Of a stretch of 64,000 nucleotides of DNA, positions 62,309 through 64,000 are shown one piece after another. A program made the position numbers and the translations under genes. Location: the NCBI GenBank assembly GCA_963693365.1, contig CAVNZM010000005.1:7138710-7202709 (forward strand). Direction: 5' to 3'. The stretch is from Amoebidium appalachense (Eukaryota; Protista; Ichthyosporea). How positions within the stretch are numbered: position 1 is the first letter of the stretch; each line of letters starts with the position of its first letter. The notes beneath the pieces were generated by a model. It worked only from the letters and a program-made list of their open reading frames with translations, searched no databases and was not told the DNA's origin.

Positions 62309-63665
62309 ATGTGTGTGCGTATGTGTGCACCCACGTTGATCAGTTTCTGGTTCTCGCTCTTAAACACCTCCACGGCAATCTTCAGTGTCTTCTCGTCCGT
62401 CACACGCATGCCCTGTGTCCCCATCCAAATGTCAGTTAATCCGAAAGCCATGGACTTGACATATCAAAAGTGATCAAGAAAGAACGAGTGTGCGAGTACG
62501 AGTCCCCGTGTATGTATGTGTGTGTGTGTGTGTGTGTGTGCACGTACAAGGTGCGATCGCATGAACTCGTGCACATATATGCAATTGTGAGTCTAACGTG
62601 TGTCTGTGTGTGTGTTTATGTGTGTAGGCAGGTGTACCCCTGTGTGTTTGAGTATAGGCATGTGTGTGTGTATATGTGTGTGTGCTCGTACCTGTGCGCG
62701 TGTTGCATGTGGTGTGGGCCTGCAGGGTCTGTGCATGTGTGCGTGTGCATGTGTGCATGTGTGTGTGGGTGGGTGCGTGAGTGCGTGAGTGTGTGAGGTG
62801 TGAGTGTGAGTGTGTGAGTGTGTGCATGTGCATGTGTGTGTGTGTTCACTGGCCAGGGGATGTATGTCACGCATGTGATATGCGGGTGCAGATGTGTATG
62901 TGTGTATGTGTGTGTGTCTATGTGCACGTCTACACATGTGTGTGTGTGTATGTGTGTTATCGGGGGGTGGGGGCCATCACCTCTTCGTACACGGCCTCGA
63001 TGTTTGCAGCCTTCAAACGGTCATTCAGCTGTTGATGGGAGGAACAGGTGAGTATATATATGTTATTGGCAAGAATTACTACATACGTGCTGAGAAGTAG
63101 GGGGGGGGGGGGGGGGGACAATGATCGAGTATGCCAACCAAAACCTAACGACAAAAACCCCTGAACAAGACACGAGGGCGAGTAAGCCACGGACGGGTGG
63201 TGGAGAAGGACGGGGATGGGCTGGGCAGGGTCGGGGGAAGGGGCGGAGGAGAGGCTTCGAGAGGGCGGGGGAGAGGGGGGGTTGTTAGAATACAAACCCA
63301 TTTACGACTGACAATACAACGAAGATTTTTTTCCGTTTTTCTTTTTTCTTTTTTTTTTTTTTTTTGGAAAAGGGGGGGGGGGGGGGGGGGGGGGTTACAA
63401 AGTCATCCAGAGTAGCCACCAGGGGGAACAGCATGGAGGGAGGGAGCGAGGGGGAAAGGGGGAAAGGGGGGCGGGGGGTGAGGGAGGGGAGGGGAGGGGA
63501 GGAAGCTTTCAAGGAAATATCGAACCTGGGGACCGCCGCCGTGCACGACGATAGGGAACAGACCGCACTGAACCATGGTGATGAGGTTCTTGGTCAGAAT
63601 GTCGGCTTGCTCGGTGATCACGGCACCACCAACCTTGACAACAGCAAGTTTGGTAGGGTAGGCCG
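50843..63665 (-). CDS. ARG5,6: Bifunctional N-acetylglutamate kinase / N-acetyl-gamma-glutamyl-phosphate reductase (fungal Arg5,6 / arg-6 type); 5' end not identified, probably beyond the window
   Basis: 19 in-phase GT-AG exons: 63665-63526, 63028-62981, 62412-62335, 61626-61510, 60890-60831, 60052-59959, 59511-59330, 58922-58790, 57989-57910, 57149-57092, 56599-56495, 56218-56117, 55233-55165, 54636-54533, 53785-53725, 53084-53011, 52225-52125, 51870-51792, 50893-50843. Kinase motifs [41 protein letters not shown]. Reductase motifs [68 protein letters not shown]. Confidence 0.95.
51061..51245 (+). other. AT-rich foreign-looking insert with tRNA-like fragments (possible organellar or bacterial DNA) in the last Arg5,6 intron
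   Basis: AGGTATT-TA-GCTC-AATTGGTA-GAG (51097-51120) looks like a tRNA acceptor 5' strand plus D arm. The complementary AATACCT-A lies upstream (51071-51078). Composition differs sharply from the flanks. Confidence 0.45.
56031..56078 (-). repeat. Copy of the 3' part of the dispersed repeat (Arg5,6 intron)
   Basis: Reverse complement gttatccgtttgttcttgtgtacttcgtactttttgacgcattcaaaa matches the consensus. Diverged minus-strand relatives at ~56306-56365, ~58086-58135, ~59551-59590, ~59633-59700 and ~63281-63320. Confidence 0.8.
58500..58712. repeat. AT-rich tandem repeat, ~58-bp unit x3-4, in an Arg5,6 intron
   Basis: gatatacaagcagtatagatgtatataa.ttatcataaactagacagactccag repeated with decay. 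Confidence 0.88.
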
Positions 63666-64000
63666 CTGTGTGGGTGGATGTGTTAGTGTGTGGTCGTGGT
63701 AATGTGTGGTTGTGTTAATGTGGTGGTGCTGGTGGTGGTGGTGGTAATAGCTGTGAGGGTGTATGCATGAGGCGGTCTGGGAGAGGGGTGTGTTTGGGGA
63801 GGAAGGGGGGGGGGGGGGGGGGGGGGGGAGGGGGGGGGGGCTCGTTTCTTCTTCTCCCCCCCTCCTGTCCCCGGAAAGGAAACTGGGAGGCGGGGGGAGG
63901 GGGGGGGGTCCAAGGTGGGTAGGAGTGTGGGTGTTTTTAGAGTAGTTGGATGGGTGTCGTTATTCATGTGAGAAAATGTGTGTGTGTGTGTGTGTCTGTG

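Overview
Intron-rich eukaryotic nuclear DNA. The gene set (Max, LAMTOR3, CNOT11, a fungal-type Arg5,6 fusion, an EGF-like module) suggests a unicellular holozoan such as an ichthyosporean; this is inference. Most ORFs in the supplied track are artefacts of poly-C/G and (CA)n/(CT)n tracts. Manual GT-AG splicing gives eight genes: a 5'-truncated PPPDE/DeSI-PUL protein (+), CNOT11 (+, 10 exons), a PH-like orphan (-), LAMTOR3 (+, 6 exons), an orphan type-I membrane protein (+), a prokaryote-type UPF0173 metallo-beta-lactamase-fold hydrolase (-, 8 exons, one apparent frameshift in a G run), an intronless Max (+), and a 5'-truncated acetylglutamate kinase/reductase fusion (-, 19 exons seen). Most notable: a ~70-150 bp dispersed repeat, flanked by poly-C, whose intronic copies all lie in the host gene's sense orientation and often end in a branch-point-like motif near an acceptor; acceptors with (CA)n in place of a pyrimidine tract; an Arg5,6 fusion without DUF619; an AT-rich insert with reordered tRNA-like pieces; and a frameshifted lone EGF-like exon. 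Coordinates were read by eye and no searches were run.
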